Assembly: GCA_036012755.1 (NCBI GenBank)
Contig: DASCPX010000071.1
Location: forward strand, 32,001 to 96,000
Reading direction: 5' to 3'
Length of the DNA stretch: 64,000 nt
Source of the DNA: Myxococcota bacterium
GTDB taxonomy: Bacteria > Myxococcota_A > UBA796 > CAJQPC01
The position numbers were made by a program, and so were the translations under genes. The notes below the pieces were generated by a model. The model was not told where the DNA came from. It saw nothing but the letters and a program-made list of their open reading frames with translations, and did no database searches. Positions within the stretch are counted from its first letter, which is position 1; each line of letters starts with the position of its first letter. Below, in pieces: positions 35,884 to 45,392 of this stretch.

Positions 35884-36447
35884 GTGTCTTGGAAGAACTG
35901 GATCCGGGTAGCCCTGCTGCTGGTGGTGGTGAGCGCCTTCGCAGCCGGTTGGTACTTCGACCTCGAGGACAAGATCGAGGTCGAGGTCGTCCGCGACACC
36001 CTCCAGGGCTTCGGCCACTTCGGCGGCCTCGTCTTCATCGCCGTCGTCAGCTTCGTGCAGCCGCTGCACATCAGCATCTATGTCTTCCTGGTGGCAGCCT
36101 CCCTTGTCTGGCCGCCGGTGGAGGCCATCATCTATGGCTGGCTGGCGACGATCGGCTGTGCCCTGACGAGCTTCGCCTTTGGCCGCTTCATGGCCCGGGA
36201 GTGGGTCGAGGCCCACGTCCCGAAGAAGTTCAAGAAGTACCAGGACCGGCTGGAGCGTCACACCTTCAAGACCGTGCTCATCCTGCGGCTGGTGTTCTTC
36301 ACCACGCCGATGCTGCAGTTCATGTACGGCGCCGTGCGGCTGCGGTTCTGGCCCTGGTTCGCCGCGACCTGCATCGGCAACCTCCCCACCGTCGTCGTAG
36401 TCGTCTTGCTGGGTTGGAAGATCACCGCCTGGTTCGAGACCCTCTGA
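35884..36447 (+). CDS. TVP38/TMEM64 (DedA/VTT) family membrane protein
   Basis: Hydrophobic, with SFAFGRFMAREWV, LILRLVFFTTP and FAATCIGNLP motifs. Confidence 0.8.
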   Translation: MSWKNWIRVALLLVVVSAFAAGWYFDLEDKIEVEVVRDTLQGFGHFGGLVFIAVVSFVQPLHISIYVFLVAASLVWPPVEAIIYGWLATIGCALTSFAFGRFMAREWVEAHVPKKFKKYQDRLERHTFKTVLILRLVFFTTPMLQFMYGAVRLRFWPWFAATCIGNLPTVVVVVLLGWKITAWFETL

Positions 36448-36539
36448 GCCCCGTCCCGCTCCTGGCATGGACGTGACGAAACGTTGCCCGAGACCAGGAG
36501 TTCCACGTGGTACGACTCCTCTCTTTCGAGAGAGGGATC

Positions 36540-38075
36540 ATGCTGACGAGACGTCGCCTGCTGGGCAGCGCCGCCATGGGCCTCGGCGTGCTGACGATGC
36601 CGAGCTTCCTCGCGGGCTGTAGGAAGAGCCCCGAAGCGCTCGCCACCGCTCCGATCCCGGAGGATCCCTTTCTGTCCTGGTTCGGCATCGACGAGGGCCT
36701 CGTTCGCCGGGTGATGAGCCAGCTGACAGCTCGAGGCGCGGACCTCGCGGATCTCTACTTCCAGCACAGCCGGACCTCGTCCATCTCGCTGGAGGACGGC
36801 ATCGTCGCAAAGGCCACGACCTCCATCGACCAGGGGGTCGGCCTGCGCGTCGTGGTCGGCGACCAGACCGGGTACGCCTTCACAGAAGACCTCTCGGAGG
36901 AGGCCATCCTGGCAGCGGCTCGCACCGCGGCAGCCATCGCAAAGGGCGCTGCTGTCGAGGTCCCCGAACGCTTCGCGATCAACACCAACGGCGCCCTCTA
37001 CACCCTCGCGGTGCCCTGGAGCGAGATCGGAGCCGACGACAAGCTCCCCAGGATCCGCAAGCTCGAGGAGATCGTGCGGGCGAAGGACCCCCGGATCGAC
37101 AAGGTCAGCATCAGCTGGTGGGACCAGGACGACCGGGTCCTCGTCGCCACCCTCGACGGCAAGATGTGGACCGACCGCCGCCCGATGACCCGCCTGTGGT
37201 GCAGCCTCACCGCCACCGACGGCGACCAGCACGTCAGCAACGGCGCCAACCTCGCGGGCCGCAAGGGCCTGGAGTTCTATGACGACGCGGCCCTGGAGAT
37301 GCTGGCCCAGCAAGCCATCGACCGCACCATGGTGCTCTTCGACGCCATCCGCCCCCCCGCCGGGGAGCTGCCGGTGGTGCTGGCCGCAGGAGCCAGCGGG
37401 ATCCTGCTCCACGAGGCCATCGGGCATGGCCTGGAGGCCGACTTCAACCGCAAGGGCGTCTCGATCTACGCCGATCTGATGGGGCAGCGTGTCGCGCCGG
37501 ACTTCGTCACCATCGTCGACTCCGGCGTCGAGCCCGGCGAGCGGGGCGCCATCGCCTTCGACGACGAGGGCAACGCCACCGAGAACACGGTCCTGGTCGA
37601 AGACGGCGTCCTCGCTTCGTACATGCACGACGAGATCAGCGCCCGGCACTATGGCGTCGAGCCCACCGGCTCCGGGCGCCGCCAGTCCTTCCGCCACGCG
37701 CCGATGCCGCGGATGCGGTGCACCTTCATGGAAGACGGCCCGCACGAGGCCGAGGAGATCATCTCGAGCGTGGAGCTGGGCATCGTCGCCGAGACCTTCA
37801 CCAACGGGCAGGTCCAGATCGGCGCCGGCGACTTCACCTTCTACATCAAGAACGGCTGGCTCATCGAAGACGGCAAGACCACCGCGCCCATCAAGGACGT
37901 GAACATCATCGGCAACGGCCCCGAGTGCCTCCGAAAGGTCACGATGGCCGCCGGAGACGGTGCCCTCGACACGGGGGGCTGGACCTGCGGCAAGAACCGC
38001 CAGAGCGTGCCGGTCAGCCAGGGGCTGCCTACGGTGCTGGTGTCCTCTATGACGGTCGGAGGCGTCGATGCCTGA
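36540..38075 (+). CDS. tldD: TldD metalloprotease subunit with twin-arginine lipoprotein signal
   Basis: ADLYFQ, GVGLRVVVG..TGYA, LLHEAIGHGLEAD (HExxxH), DDEG, PMPRM and CGK..Q.VPV. N-terminus MLTRRRLLG...FLAGC. AGAGGGA RBS before ATG 36540. Confidence 0.9.
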   Translation: MLTRRRLLGSAAMGLGVLTMPSFLAGCRKSPEALATAPIPEDPFLSWFGIDEGLVRRVMSQLTARGADLADLYFQHSRTSSISLEDGIVAKATTSIDQGVGLRVVVGDQTGYAFTEDLSEEAILAAARTAAAIAKGAAVEVPERFAINTNGALYTLAVPWSEIGADDKLPRIRKLEEIVRAKDPRIDKVSISWWDQDDRVLVATLDGKMWTDRRPMTRLWCSLTATDGDQHVSNGANLAGRKGLEFYDDAALEMLAQQAIDRTMVLFDAIRPPAGELPVVLAAGASGILLHEAIGHGLEADFNRKGVSIYADLMGQRVAPDFVTIVDSGVEPGERGAIAFDDEGNATENTVLVEDGVLASYMHDEISARHYGVEPTGSGRRQSFRHAPMPRMRCTFMEDGPHEAEEIISSVELGIVAETFTNGQVQIGAGDFTFYIKNGWLIEDGKTTAPIKDVNIIGNGPECLRKVTMAAGDGALDTGGWTCGKNRQSVPVSQGLPTVLVSSMTVGGVDA

Positions 38076-39384
38076 GGAGCTCGTCGGACGCTGCACCGAC
38101 GCCGTCGCCCTGGCCCAGGCCGCCGGCGCACAAGAGGTCTTCGCGACCGCCAGCGACAGGCGCGAGATCGACTTCCAGTATCGGGACGGAGCCCTGGAGA
38201 AGGTCCAGGAGTCGACCTCGAGGAGCCTCTCGCTTCAACTCTACGTCGACGGCCGATACAGCTCCCACAGCACGACCGACCTGCGAGCGGATCGGCTCCA
38301 GAGCTTCGTCGATGAGGCCATCGCCCTGACCCGCATGCTCGAGGAGGACCCCCATCGGCGCCTCCCGGATCCGGAGCTCTTCAGCGACCGACCGGACATC
38401 GACCTCGACCTGGTGGACCCATCGCTCGAGACGATCACAGAAGACGACCGCATCGCCTGGTGCCAGGTCATGGACGAGCAGCTGCGCGAGGACAAGCGCA
38501 CCATTTCGACCACATCTGGGGTGAACCAGAGCGACGGGACCTCGGCGAAGGTCAGCAGCAACGGCTTCACGGGCACGCAGACGACGACCTCGATCTGGAT
38601 GGGCACGGAGGTGACGCTCGAGGACCCGACCGGCGGACGTCCCGAGTCCTGGTGCTGGGTCGGCGGACGTCATCGCGACCAGCTGTGGGACCCGGACAGG
38701 ATCGCGGACGACGCCATGCGGCGAGGTGCCGCGCGCCTGGGCTCGACGAAGGGTCCGACGAAGACGGCCACCATGGTCGTGGACCCCCGCAGCGGTCGCC
38801 GCCTGATCGGGGCCCTCCTTCGCAGCGCGAACGCCCGCAGCATCCAGCAGGGTCGCAGCTTCTGGGCGGACAAACAGGGACAGAAGCTGTTCTCGGAGGC
38901 GCTGTCGATCACCGACGACCCGCTCATCGTGCGCGGGCTCGCGTCCCGGCTCTACGACGGCGAGGGCATCTCCGCGCGCGCTGTGCCCATCATCCACGAG
39001 GGCGTCGTGCAAGACGTCTACGTCGACACCTACTACGGCAGGAAGGCCGAGCTGGCGCCCACCACCGGATCGTCCAGCAACCGGGTGGTCCACCCTGGCG
39101 AGGGCGACCTCGCCGAGATCCTCGCCGATGTCGGCGACGCCATCTACGTCAGCTCCTGGCTCGGAGGCAACTCCGACGGCACGACCGGAGACTTCAGCTT
39201 CGGACTTCGCGGTCACCTCGTGGCCGGCGGAGTCGTAGGAGCACCTATCGGGGAGATGAACATCACCGGAAACCTCCTGGATCTGTTCGCATCGCTCGTC
39301 CGCGTTGGAGCGGACCCCTGGCCCTACAGCACGACGCTCTGCCCGACTCTCGTCTTCGAGGGAGTCCAGTTCTCGGGAGCCTGA
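38068..39384 (+). CDS. pmbA: TldE/PmbA subunit
   Basis: Overlaps tldD. ITDDP....LASRLYDGEG, TTGDFS and EMNITGNL motifs, no HExxxH. Confidence 0.88.
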   Translation: MPEELVGRCTDAVALAQAAGAQEVFATASDRREIDFQYRDGALEKVQESTSRSLSLQLYVDGRYSSHSTTDLRADRLQSFVDEAIALTRMLEEDPHRRLPDPELFSDRPDIDLDLVDPSLETITEDDRIAWCQVMDEQLREDKRTISTTSGVNQSDGTSAKVSSNGFTGTQTTTSIWMGTEVTLEDPTGGRPESWCWVGGRHRDQLWDPDRIADDAMRRGAARLGSTKGPTKTATMVVDPRSGRRLIGALLRSANARSIQQGRSFWADKQGQKLFSEALSITDDPLIVRGLASRLYDGEGISARAVPIIHEGVVQDVYVDTYYGRKAELAPTTGSSSNRVVHPGEGDLAEILADVGDAIYVSSWLGGNSDGTTGDFSFGLRGHLVAGGVVGAPIGEMNITGNLLDLFASLVRVGADPWPYSTTLCPTLVFEGVQFSGA

Positions 39385-40385
39385 TGGACCGCAACGAGAT
39401 CGTTCGCGCGCTGGAGACAGGCACGGAGCTCCGTGCGGCCCTGGACGCCGCGCGCCAGCTGGAGGGAGACGGTGAGCTCTTGGAGCTGTCCTTCCGCGTC
39501 GCCACGCGCCACGCGCCGCCCTGGGTGGACTCGGCCCTGACCCGCTACTGGGCGGACACGATCCGCAAGCGCGGCATGGCGCCGGCCTTCGCCGCGCGGG
39601 TCGTGAACGTGCTGGAGGAGGACCCGGTCGGGCGCGCGCCGGAGCTGCTCGCGGCGACCGCGGTGGAGGCCCGCCGCTTCCATCACCCTACCCCCGTGCG
39701 TCGGGTCATGGGCGCCAAGTGGCCGCGCGTCCTCGTCGTCCTCGGACGCCTCGTCGGCGAGGTCGAAGAGCGCGGCTGGAGCCGTCGCATCGAGGACGCA
39801 TTCCGCAACTGCCTCGCCTGGCAGCGCAGCTGGCCGCTCCGCGACGAGCTCGCGAGCACCCTACGCGGAGTGTTGATCCGGGCCATGCGCTCCGGGATCT
39901 GCCCCAGCCCCCTGGTCCCGACGCCGCTGGACCGCGATCCGGTCGGCACGGTCAAGCTCCTCGGCGAGGCCCTGCGTGCCTGCGTGCGACGACCCGACCG
40001 CCGGTGGCAGCCCTTCATCCGGGTCGCGGCCTCGCTCGTGATGACGGCCCCCGCCACGCCTGGCGATGAGGTCGCCGTCGCGCTGGCCGACGAGGAGCTC
40101 AGGGACGAAGAGACCTTCCTCCTCGTCGAGGCGCTGTTGTCGGTCGAGTCCTGGAGCGAGGACCCCTCGCTGTTGTGGTCACCCAGCGCAGAGCTCGCCC
40201 TGGTCACGCTCTACGTCGAGGGCAGAGACGCGCCGGGGCAGGTCCGCTTGCGGGACTTCCTGGCCCGCATGTGCCCGCCCTCAGACCCCCTCCTCCGTGC
40301 CGCGGAGCAGTCGAACGATGTTGGCCCGGTGGCAGACGAGGAGTACGAGCGCCAGTGGTACGGACAGGTTGAGCAGCTCGGGTGA
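39384..40385 (+). CDS. Hypothetical helical protein (333 aa)
   Basis: ATG overlaps the pmbA TGA (TGATG) and the translation has a normal composition. The 3' end overlaps convergent plsY by 105 bp. Confidence 0.65.
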   Translation: MDRNEIVRALETGTELRAALDAARQLEGDGELLELSFRVATRHAPPWVDSALTRYWADTIRKRGMAPAFAARVVNVLEEDPVGRAPELLAATAVEARRFHHPTPVRRVMGAKWPRVLVVLGRLVGEVEERGWSRRIEDAFRNCLAWQRSWPLRDELASTLRGVLIRAMRSGICPSPLVPTPLDRDPVGTVKLLGEALRACVRRPDRRWQPFIRVAASLVMTAPATPGDEVAVALADEELRDEETFLLVEALLSVESWSEDPSLLWSPSAELALVTLYVEGRDAPGQVRLRDFLARMCPPSDPLLRAAEQSNDVGPVADEEYERQWYGQVEQLG

Positions 40386-40871
40386 GCTCCACCAGAGGCC
40401 GACCTGGATCGCGACCAGCGCGACGAGCGAGGCCAGCGAGCTCTTCTTGAAGACAGCGAAGACCAGGATCCACACGCCGGCGGTGACCAGCGCCGGCAAG
40501 GGGGCCAGGACCAGCAGCACCCCCGCCGAGGTCGCCACGCCCTTTCCGCCGTCGAAGCGCAGCCACACGGGCCAGCAGTGGCCGATGACCGCGGCGAAGC
40601 CGACCGCCAGCGCCATCCAGGGCTCCGGGAGCAGCAGGACCGCGCCGAGGGTCGGCAGCAGCCCCTTGCCCAGATCCAGCGCCAGTGTCGCTGCTCCAAG
40701 GCCCCTGCCGGCTGACCGAGCCACGTTGGTGGCGCCGATGTTCCCCGAGCCCTCGAGGCGCACATCGACGCCGGCGAAGCGACGCGCCAGGATCAGGCCG
40801 AAGGGCGCGGCCCCGAGCAAGTACGTCAACAGCGCGTAGAACGCAAAGAGAGCGACGGCGACAGGCGTCAC
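40281..40871 (-). CDS. plsY: Glycerol-3-phosphate acyltransferase PlsY
   Basis: YLLGAAPFG, GSGNIGATNVAR, LDLGKG, GHCWPVWLRFDGGKGVAT and HRANIVRL. Confidence 0.95.
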   Translation of the reverse strand: MTPVAVALFAFYALLTYLLGAAPFGLILARRFAGVDVRLEGSGNIGATNVARSAGRGLGAATLALDLGKGLLPTLGAVLLLPEPWMALAVGFAAVIGHCWPVWLRFDGGKGVATSAGVLLVLAPLPALVTAGVWILVFAVFKKSSLASLVALVAIQVGLWWSSPELLNLSVPLALVLLVCHRANIVRLLRGTEEGV

Positions 40872-40910
40872 GATGGGGCATGCTTAACCGCCCCCTTCCC
40901 CGAGGCACCG

Positions 40911-42938
40911 ATGTGGCTCCTGGCCCTGGCCTGCACCAAGCCTGACGACTCGAATACCGAGACCGGAACCACGGACTCCGCATGGGTGTGTGACACCAGC
41001 GCGGACCGCGACTGCGACGGTTGGCCCAACGACGGTGACTGCGAACCCGACGACCCCTACAGCTACCCCGGAGCGGACGAAGTCCCCTACGACGGCATCG
41101 ACAACGACTGCGCCGGCGACGGCGACCTCGTGGACTTCGACGGCGACGGCTACGACTCCGACAAGGTCGGCGGCGACGACTGCAACGACGGCAACCCGGA
41201 CATCTACCCCGGAGCCCCAGAGGTCTGCTACGACGACATCGACCAGGACTGCGCCGGCGACGAGGACACCAACGACTGCGACGAGGACGGCTACGACGGC
41301 AGGGGCGACGACGCCACCGACTGCGCCGACGAGGACCCCGACACCAACCCCGGCGCGGAGGAGATCTGGTACGATGGCTGGGATCAGGACTGCTCCGGCT
41401 ACAACGACAGCGACTACGACGCCGACGGCGACGGCGACGACAGCGCGGACCACCCCCAGGACGACGGCACGGTCGGCACCGACTGCGACGATGAAGACGT
41501 GCTCACCGCCGGGGGCAACCCCGAGCTCTGGGACGGCGCCGATCGGGACTGCGACGGGAACTTCGACAACCTCTCCTGGGCCGACAGCTTCTCTGCGTGG
41601 TCACCCAAGAGCGGCAACAACGACGGCTTCATCGGCATGGGCGGAGCGCTGCTGGACGACTACGACGGCGACGGCTTCAGCGAGATCGCGATGGCCGGAT
41701 TCGGAGCCACGGACGACTACACCGGCCGCGTCTACATCATCTCCGCCGACGAGACCGGCACCCCCGGCGAGATGTACCACGCCCGCATCGACGGCGTGGT
41801 CACCTTCGAGTACTTCGGCTTCGACGCGGAGAACGCCGGGGATCTCAACGGAGACGGCAAGGACGAGCTACTCGTCGGCGCGGTGCTGGGTGGCTCGGGT
41901 GACGGCGCCGGCGTCGTCTTCGACGGCGCCGACCTGGAGGCTGGAGGAGACCTCACCTCCAGCGACAGCCTGGCCCAGTTCACAGGCAACACCTACCTGG
42001 GCTTCGAGGTCGCCTCCCTCTCCGACATGGACGGAGACGGCATCAACGAGCTCGCCGCGGGCACCGCCTGGTACCTCACGACCCACGTGATGGTCTACTC
42101 GGGAGCCGACGCCGCCGCGGGGGGCAGCCTCAAGCCCATCGACGCCATCGCGCAGATCGATGGTCCCTCCGGGGCCGACGTGGGCGGCCACAGCGTGGGC
42201 CGCATGGACTTCGACGGCGACGGCCTCGGCGATCTGCTCATGGGCGCCTATACGAGCGGAGCGGGCGTCCAGGTCCTGGGGCGGGGATCGGACCTGGATG
42301 TGGGCGGCTCCATCTCGACCACCGACCTTCCATGGATCATCGGCGACAGCGGCGACCAGGTCGGGCTGATCAGCGGCTGGATGAACGACCTCGACGACGA
42401 CGGCTACGACGAACTCCTCATCCACGCCTACAGCCACCAGGGCGCCGCGCCGACGACCGCCGGCGGGCGCATCTACGTCGTCGATGGTGACGACGCGCCC
42501 TCCGGGACCGACAACGCGTCGGTGGCGGACCTGGCGGACACCTGGATCGACGGCACCATCGACTTCGGCCACGTCCACTCCTCCGAGTCGACGATCGATA
42601 TCGACGGCGACGGTACGCTGGACCTCATCGTCATCGAGTCCGGCGACCGCAACTACGCGAACATCCTCCTGCTCGAGGGCAACGGCCCGGTGAAGGCCCA
42701 GGGCAGCATCCTCTATGGCGACGACCTCCTCGCGGGCGGCTCGTTGGACGCGGACCTCCACACCGACGAGGTCGTGATGACGGGCAGAGAGGACAACGAT
42801 CTCACCGGCTACACCACGCTGGTGGGCGACATCGACGACGACGGGCTCGGCGACGTGGTCTTCGGCGCCCCGGCGGCCTCCGCCTGGGCGGGGCAGGTCT
42901 ACACCGTGCTCAACCAGACCGACGGCGTCTACGAGTAG
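40911..42938 (+). CDS. Lipoprotein with MopE-type repeats and FG-GAP (integrin-alpha-like) beta-propeller
   Basis: Starts MWLLALAC. YPGA.E..YDGID.DC repeats, then GDLNGDGKDELLVGA, DMDGDGINELAAG and DIDDDGLGDVVFGAP. Confidence 0.85.
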   Translation: MWLLALACTKPDDSNTETGTTDSAWVCDTSADRDCDGWPNDGDCEPDDPYSYPGADEVPYDGIDNDCAGDGDLVDFDGDGYDSDKVGGDDCNDGNPDIYPGAPEVCYDDIDQDCAGDEDTNDCDEDGYDGRGDDATDCADEDPDTNPGAEEIWYDGWDQDCSGYNDSDYDADGDGDDSADHPQDDGTVGTDCDDEDVLTAGGNPELWDGADRDCDGNFDNLSWADSFSAWSPKSGNNDGFIGMGGALLDDYDGDGFSEIAMAGFGATDDYTGRVYIISADETGTPGEMYHARIDGVVTFEYFGFDAENAGDLNGDGKDELLVGAVLGGSGDGAGVVFDGADLEAGGDLTSSDSLAQFTGNTYLGFEVASLSDMDGDGINELAAGTAWYLTTHVMVYSGADAAAGGSLKPIDAIAQIDGPSGADVGGHSVGRMDFDGDGLGDLLMGAYTSGAGVQVLGRGSDLDVGGSISTTDLPWIIGDSGDQVGLISGWMNDLDDDGYDELLIHAYSHQGAAPTTAGGRIYVVDGDDAPSGTDNASVADLADTWIDGTIDFGHVHSSESTIDIDGDGTLDLIVIESGDRNYANILLLEGNGPVKAQGSILYGDDLLAGGSLDADLHTDEVVMTGREDNDLTGYTTLVGDIDDDGLGDVVFGAPAASAWAGQVYTVLNQTDGVYE

Positions 42939-42944
42939 GGCCCG

Positions 42945-43742
42945 GTGGCCAGGCGTTTCGTCACGGACCAGGGAGCTTCGCCGAAGAAGATGTCGGCGGA
43001 GCTGGACGGCTCGGCGCTGAAGGCGATGCGGGGGGAGCAGGGGGAGCAGGTCGACGGCGTCAAGCGCTGGGTGCTCGGTGACGAGCTCGCGGAGAACCCG
43101 GTGTGGCGGGTGCACGAGGCCCGCGAGGTCGGACCGAACTCAGAGGTCCTGGCCACCGGCCGCGCGGTCGTGGTGCACGGGCAGAAGGTGCAGGAGGCCT
43201 GCCGCGTCCGCCTGGAACGACTGCGCGCCTGTCGCCACCCGGCGGTCGTGCATCCCGTCCTGGAGTCCCGGCTCGACGGCTGGCCGGTGGTCGTCATGCA
43301 GCGCCCGACGCAAGAGTCCGTGGCCCAGCAGGTGCGACGCGAGGGCCCCTGGCCGGAGCTCCGGGTCCTGCGGCTCGGCGTCGCGATCTGCGAGGTGCTC
43401 GCTGGCTTGCACGGCCTTGGGCTCGTCCACGGCGCGCTCACCTGGGGCTGCGTCCATCCAGAAGGTCGGACCGTGCGCATCAGCGGCTGGCGGCCGGTCC
43501 TGCCAGGTTCGTGGTCCGACCGCGTGGCGCCAGAGGTCAGCTGGGGGAAGAGGGCCGACGCGCGCTCGGATCTCTGGGGGGTCGGCCGGATCCTCGCCAA
43601 CGCGCTGTCGGGGAAGCCGACCGGGCTCTGGCAGGGGGAGGGTGTGCTCGCCCGCCTCGTGATGCGTCTGTTGCGTGCCGATCCTGCAGAGCGACCGCGG
43701 GACGCCACCGACGTGCTGTCGATCCTGGCGCGCCTCCGTTGA
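42945..43742 (+). CDS. Degenerate Ser/Thr protein kinase-like protein (pseudokinase)
   Basis: RHPAVV, LAGLHGLGLVHGAL (HRD replaced by HGA), VAPEV and DARSDLWGVG, and DPAERP. No DFG. Confidence 0.65.
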   Translation: MARRFVTDQGASPKKMSAELDGSALKAMRGEQGEQVDGVKRWVLGDELAENPVWRVHEAREVGPNSEVLATGRAVVVHGQKVQEACRVRLERLRACRHPAVVHPVLESRLDGWPVVVMQRPTQESVAQQVRREGPWPELRVLRLGVAICEVLAGLHGLGLVHGALTWGCVHPEGRTVRISGWRPVLPGSWSDRVAPEVSWGKRADARSDLWGVGRILANALSGKPTGLWQGEGVLARLVMRLLRADPAERPRDATDVLSILARLR

Positions 43743-44419
43743 AGCTGCCACCGCTCACCCGCGGCACGCTCATCCGCCGGTACAAGCGCTTCCTGGCCGA
43801 TGTGCGCCTCGACGACGGTCGCGAGGTCACGGCCCACTGCGCCAACCCCGGCCGCATGACCTCCTGTCTCGGCGAGGGCTGGCCCGTGTGGCTGTCCTGG
43901 CACGGCCACACCAAGCGCAAGCTGAAGTGGAGCTGGGAGCTCACGAGGAACCCCGAGCAGGCCTGGATCCTCATCAACACCGCCCGCCCGAACCACGTGG
44001 TCCGCGAGGGCATCGCCGCGGGCCGCGTCGAGGGGCTCTCCGGGGAGATCCAGCGGGAGGTGAAGACTGGCGACAGCCGCATCGACCTGGTGGTCGGGGA
44101 GGCGCTGGTCGAGGTCAAGAGCGTCACCCTGATGCACGCCCCAGGCCAGGCGAGCTTCCCGGACGCCCCCACCGAGCGAGGGCGCAAGCACCTCGCCGAG
44201 CTGGCCAAGGCAGCCCGATCCGGACGTCGGGCCGTGCTCTTCTGGATGCTGTCGAGGGACGACTGCCGCTCGGTGCGGCCCGCCGGGTGGGTCGATCCGG
44301 CGTACGAGCGCCTCCTGCGCTCGGCGGTCGGTGACGGCGTCGAGGTCCTCGCCTACCGCATGGTGCTGTCCGAGGAGGAGTTGACGCTCGGACAGCAGGT
44401 CCCGGCGATCCTCGACTGA
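43739..44419 (+). CDS. sfsA: DNA/RNA nuclease SfsA
   Basis: LIRRYKRFLADV, AHCANPGRM, RKLKWSWEL, SRIDL, VEVKSVTL and FPDAPTERGRKHL. TTG start overlaps the upstream TGA. Confidence 0.93.
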   Translation: MKLPPLTRGTLIRRYKRFLADVRLDDGREVTAHCANPGRMTSCLGEGWPVWLSWHGHTKRKLKWSWELTRNPEQAWILINTARPNHVVREGIAAGRVEGLSGEIQREVKTGDSRIDLVVGEALVEVKSVTLMHAPGQASFPDAPTERGRKHLAELAKAARSGRRAVLFWMLSRDDCRSVRPAGWVDPAYERLLRSAVGDGVEVLAYRMVLSEEELTLGQQVPAILD

Positions 44420-44472
44420 CCATCGTTCTGTGGGAGCGGGACCCCGACAATGAAGCCCTCCGGATCACCGGC

Positions 44473-44478
44473 TACTCT
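44473..44478 (+). promoter_or_regulatory. Putative -10 box TACTCT, 6 nt before ATG 44485
   Basis: TANNNT with no SD in the spacer. Confidence 0.5.
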
Positions 44479-44484
44479 CCGCCC

Positions 44485-45390
44485 ATGCGCTTGAGATTGC
44501 CGCTGGCCTTCTGTGGACTCTTCACCCTCGCCTGCGTCTGCGGCGGCCCCGTCGCGGAGACGGAGCCCGTCGCCGTGCCTCCGAGGCCCGACACCGGCCC
44601 AACCGAGGACACCAGCGACACCAGCGACACCAGCGACACCAGCGACACCAACGACCCCTCGGGCCTCGTCGTGGACGTGGTGCCAGCCGGGGATCTCGGC
44701 TGCTTCACGGGAGCGCTGGAGACCCCGACCGTGGGGGAGCCCTCTGTGGACACGACGGTCGATGTCCGCGTCGAGGACTGGGAGACCGGCGACGGCGTCG
44801 ACACCCCGGAGCTGACCTTCTGGGAGGGCGGCACCGAGATCGGCACCGCCACGGGGGACGCGGACGGCGAGGTCGGCAAGCTGGGGCTGCCCACATGCAC
44901 CCCGCTGTTGGTGGAGGCCTCCACCGATCCGGCCTTGGACGAGACGAAGCCGACCTTCTCGGCGCGCATGCTCTCCCCAGACGACGACGAGTGGGTCGTG
45001 TCATCCCTCGCCAGCGTCACCTACACCATCATCCCCTCGCTGCTCGGCGTCAGCCTCGACCCGGACAAGGGGATCATCTTCGGACGGGTCCACGACTGCG
45101 CTGGCGCGCCCCTCGACCACATCGAGGTGCGCTTCAGTGAAGGCGGAGAGACCTTCTACTTCGGCTCGTCCTGGCCCAACCGCGACCAGCAGTGGACCAG
45201 CGAGGACGGCTGGTTCGTCGTCCTCAACGCCCCGCCCGCGGAGGGGACCCTGAGGGCCTGGGCCTGGGACGGGAGCACCCACGTCGAGGTCGCGGAGGCC
45301 GACGTCACATCGGTGGCGGACGGGGTCCGTGTCGCGAATCTACTCGCCGGTGTCTCGGGAGAGCTCCTGCCCCCAGAGGCCTGCCAATAG
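44485..45390 (+). CDS. Secreted/lipoprotein hypothetical protein with DTS linker
   Basis: Signal with LAC/VC, (DTS)n linker, beta-sandwich-like GIIFGRVHDC..PL. Confidence 0.7.
   Translation: MRLRLPLAFCGLFTLACVCGGPVAETEPVAVPPRPDTGPTEDTSDTSDTSDTSDTNDPSGLVVDVVPAGDLGCFTGALETPTVGEPSVDTTVDVRVEDWETGDGVDTPELTFWEGGTEIGTATGDADGEVGKLGLPTCTPLLVEASTDPALDETKPTFSARMLSPDDDEWVVSSLASVTYTIIPSLLGVSLDPDKGIIFGRVHDCAGAPLDHIEVRFSEGGETFYFGSSWPNRDQQWTSEDGWFVVLNAPPAEGTLRAWAWDGSTHVEVAEADVTSVADGVRVANLLAGVSGELLPPEACQ
44608..44652 (+). repeat. 9-bp tandem repeat (GACACCAGC)x4 plus one variant, encoding DTS
   Basis: Read directly in the sequence. Confidence 0.9.
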
Positions 45391-45392
45391 CC

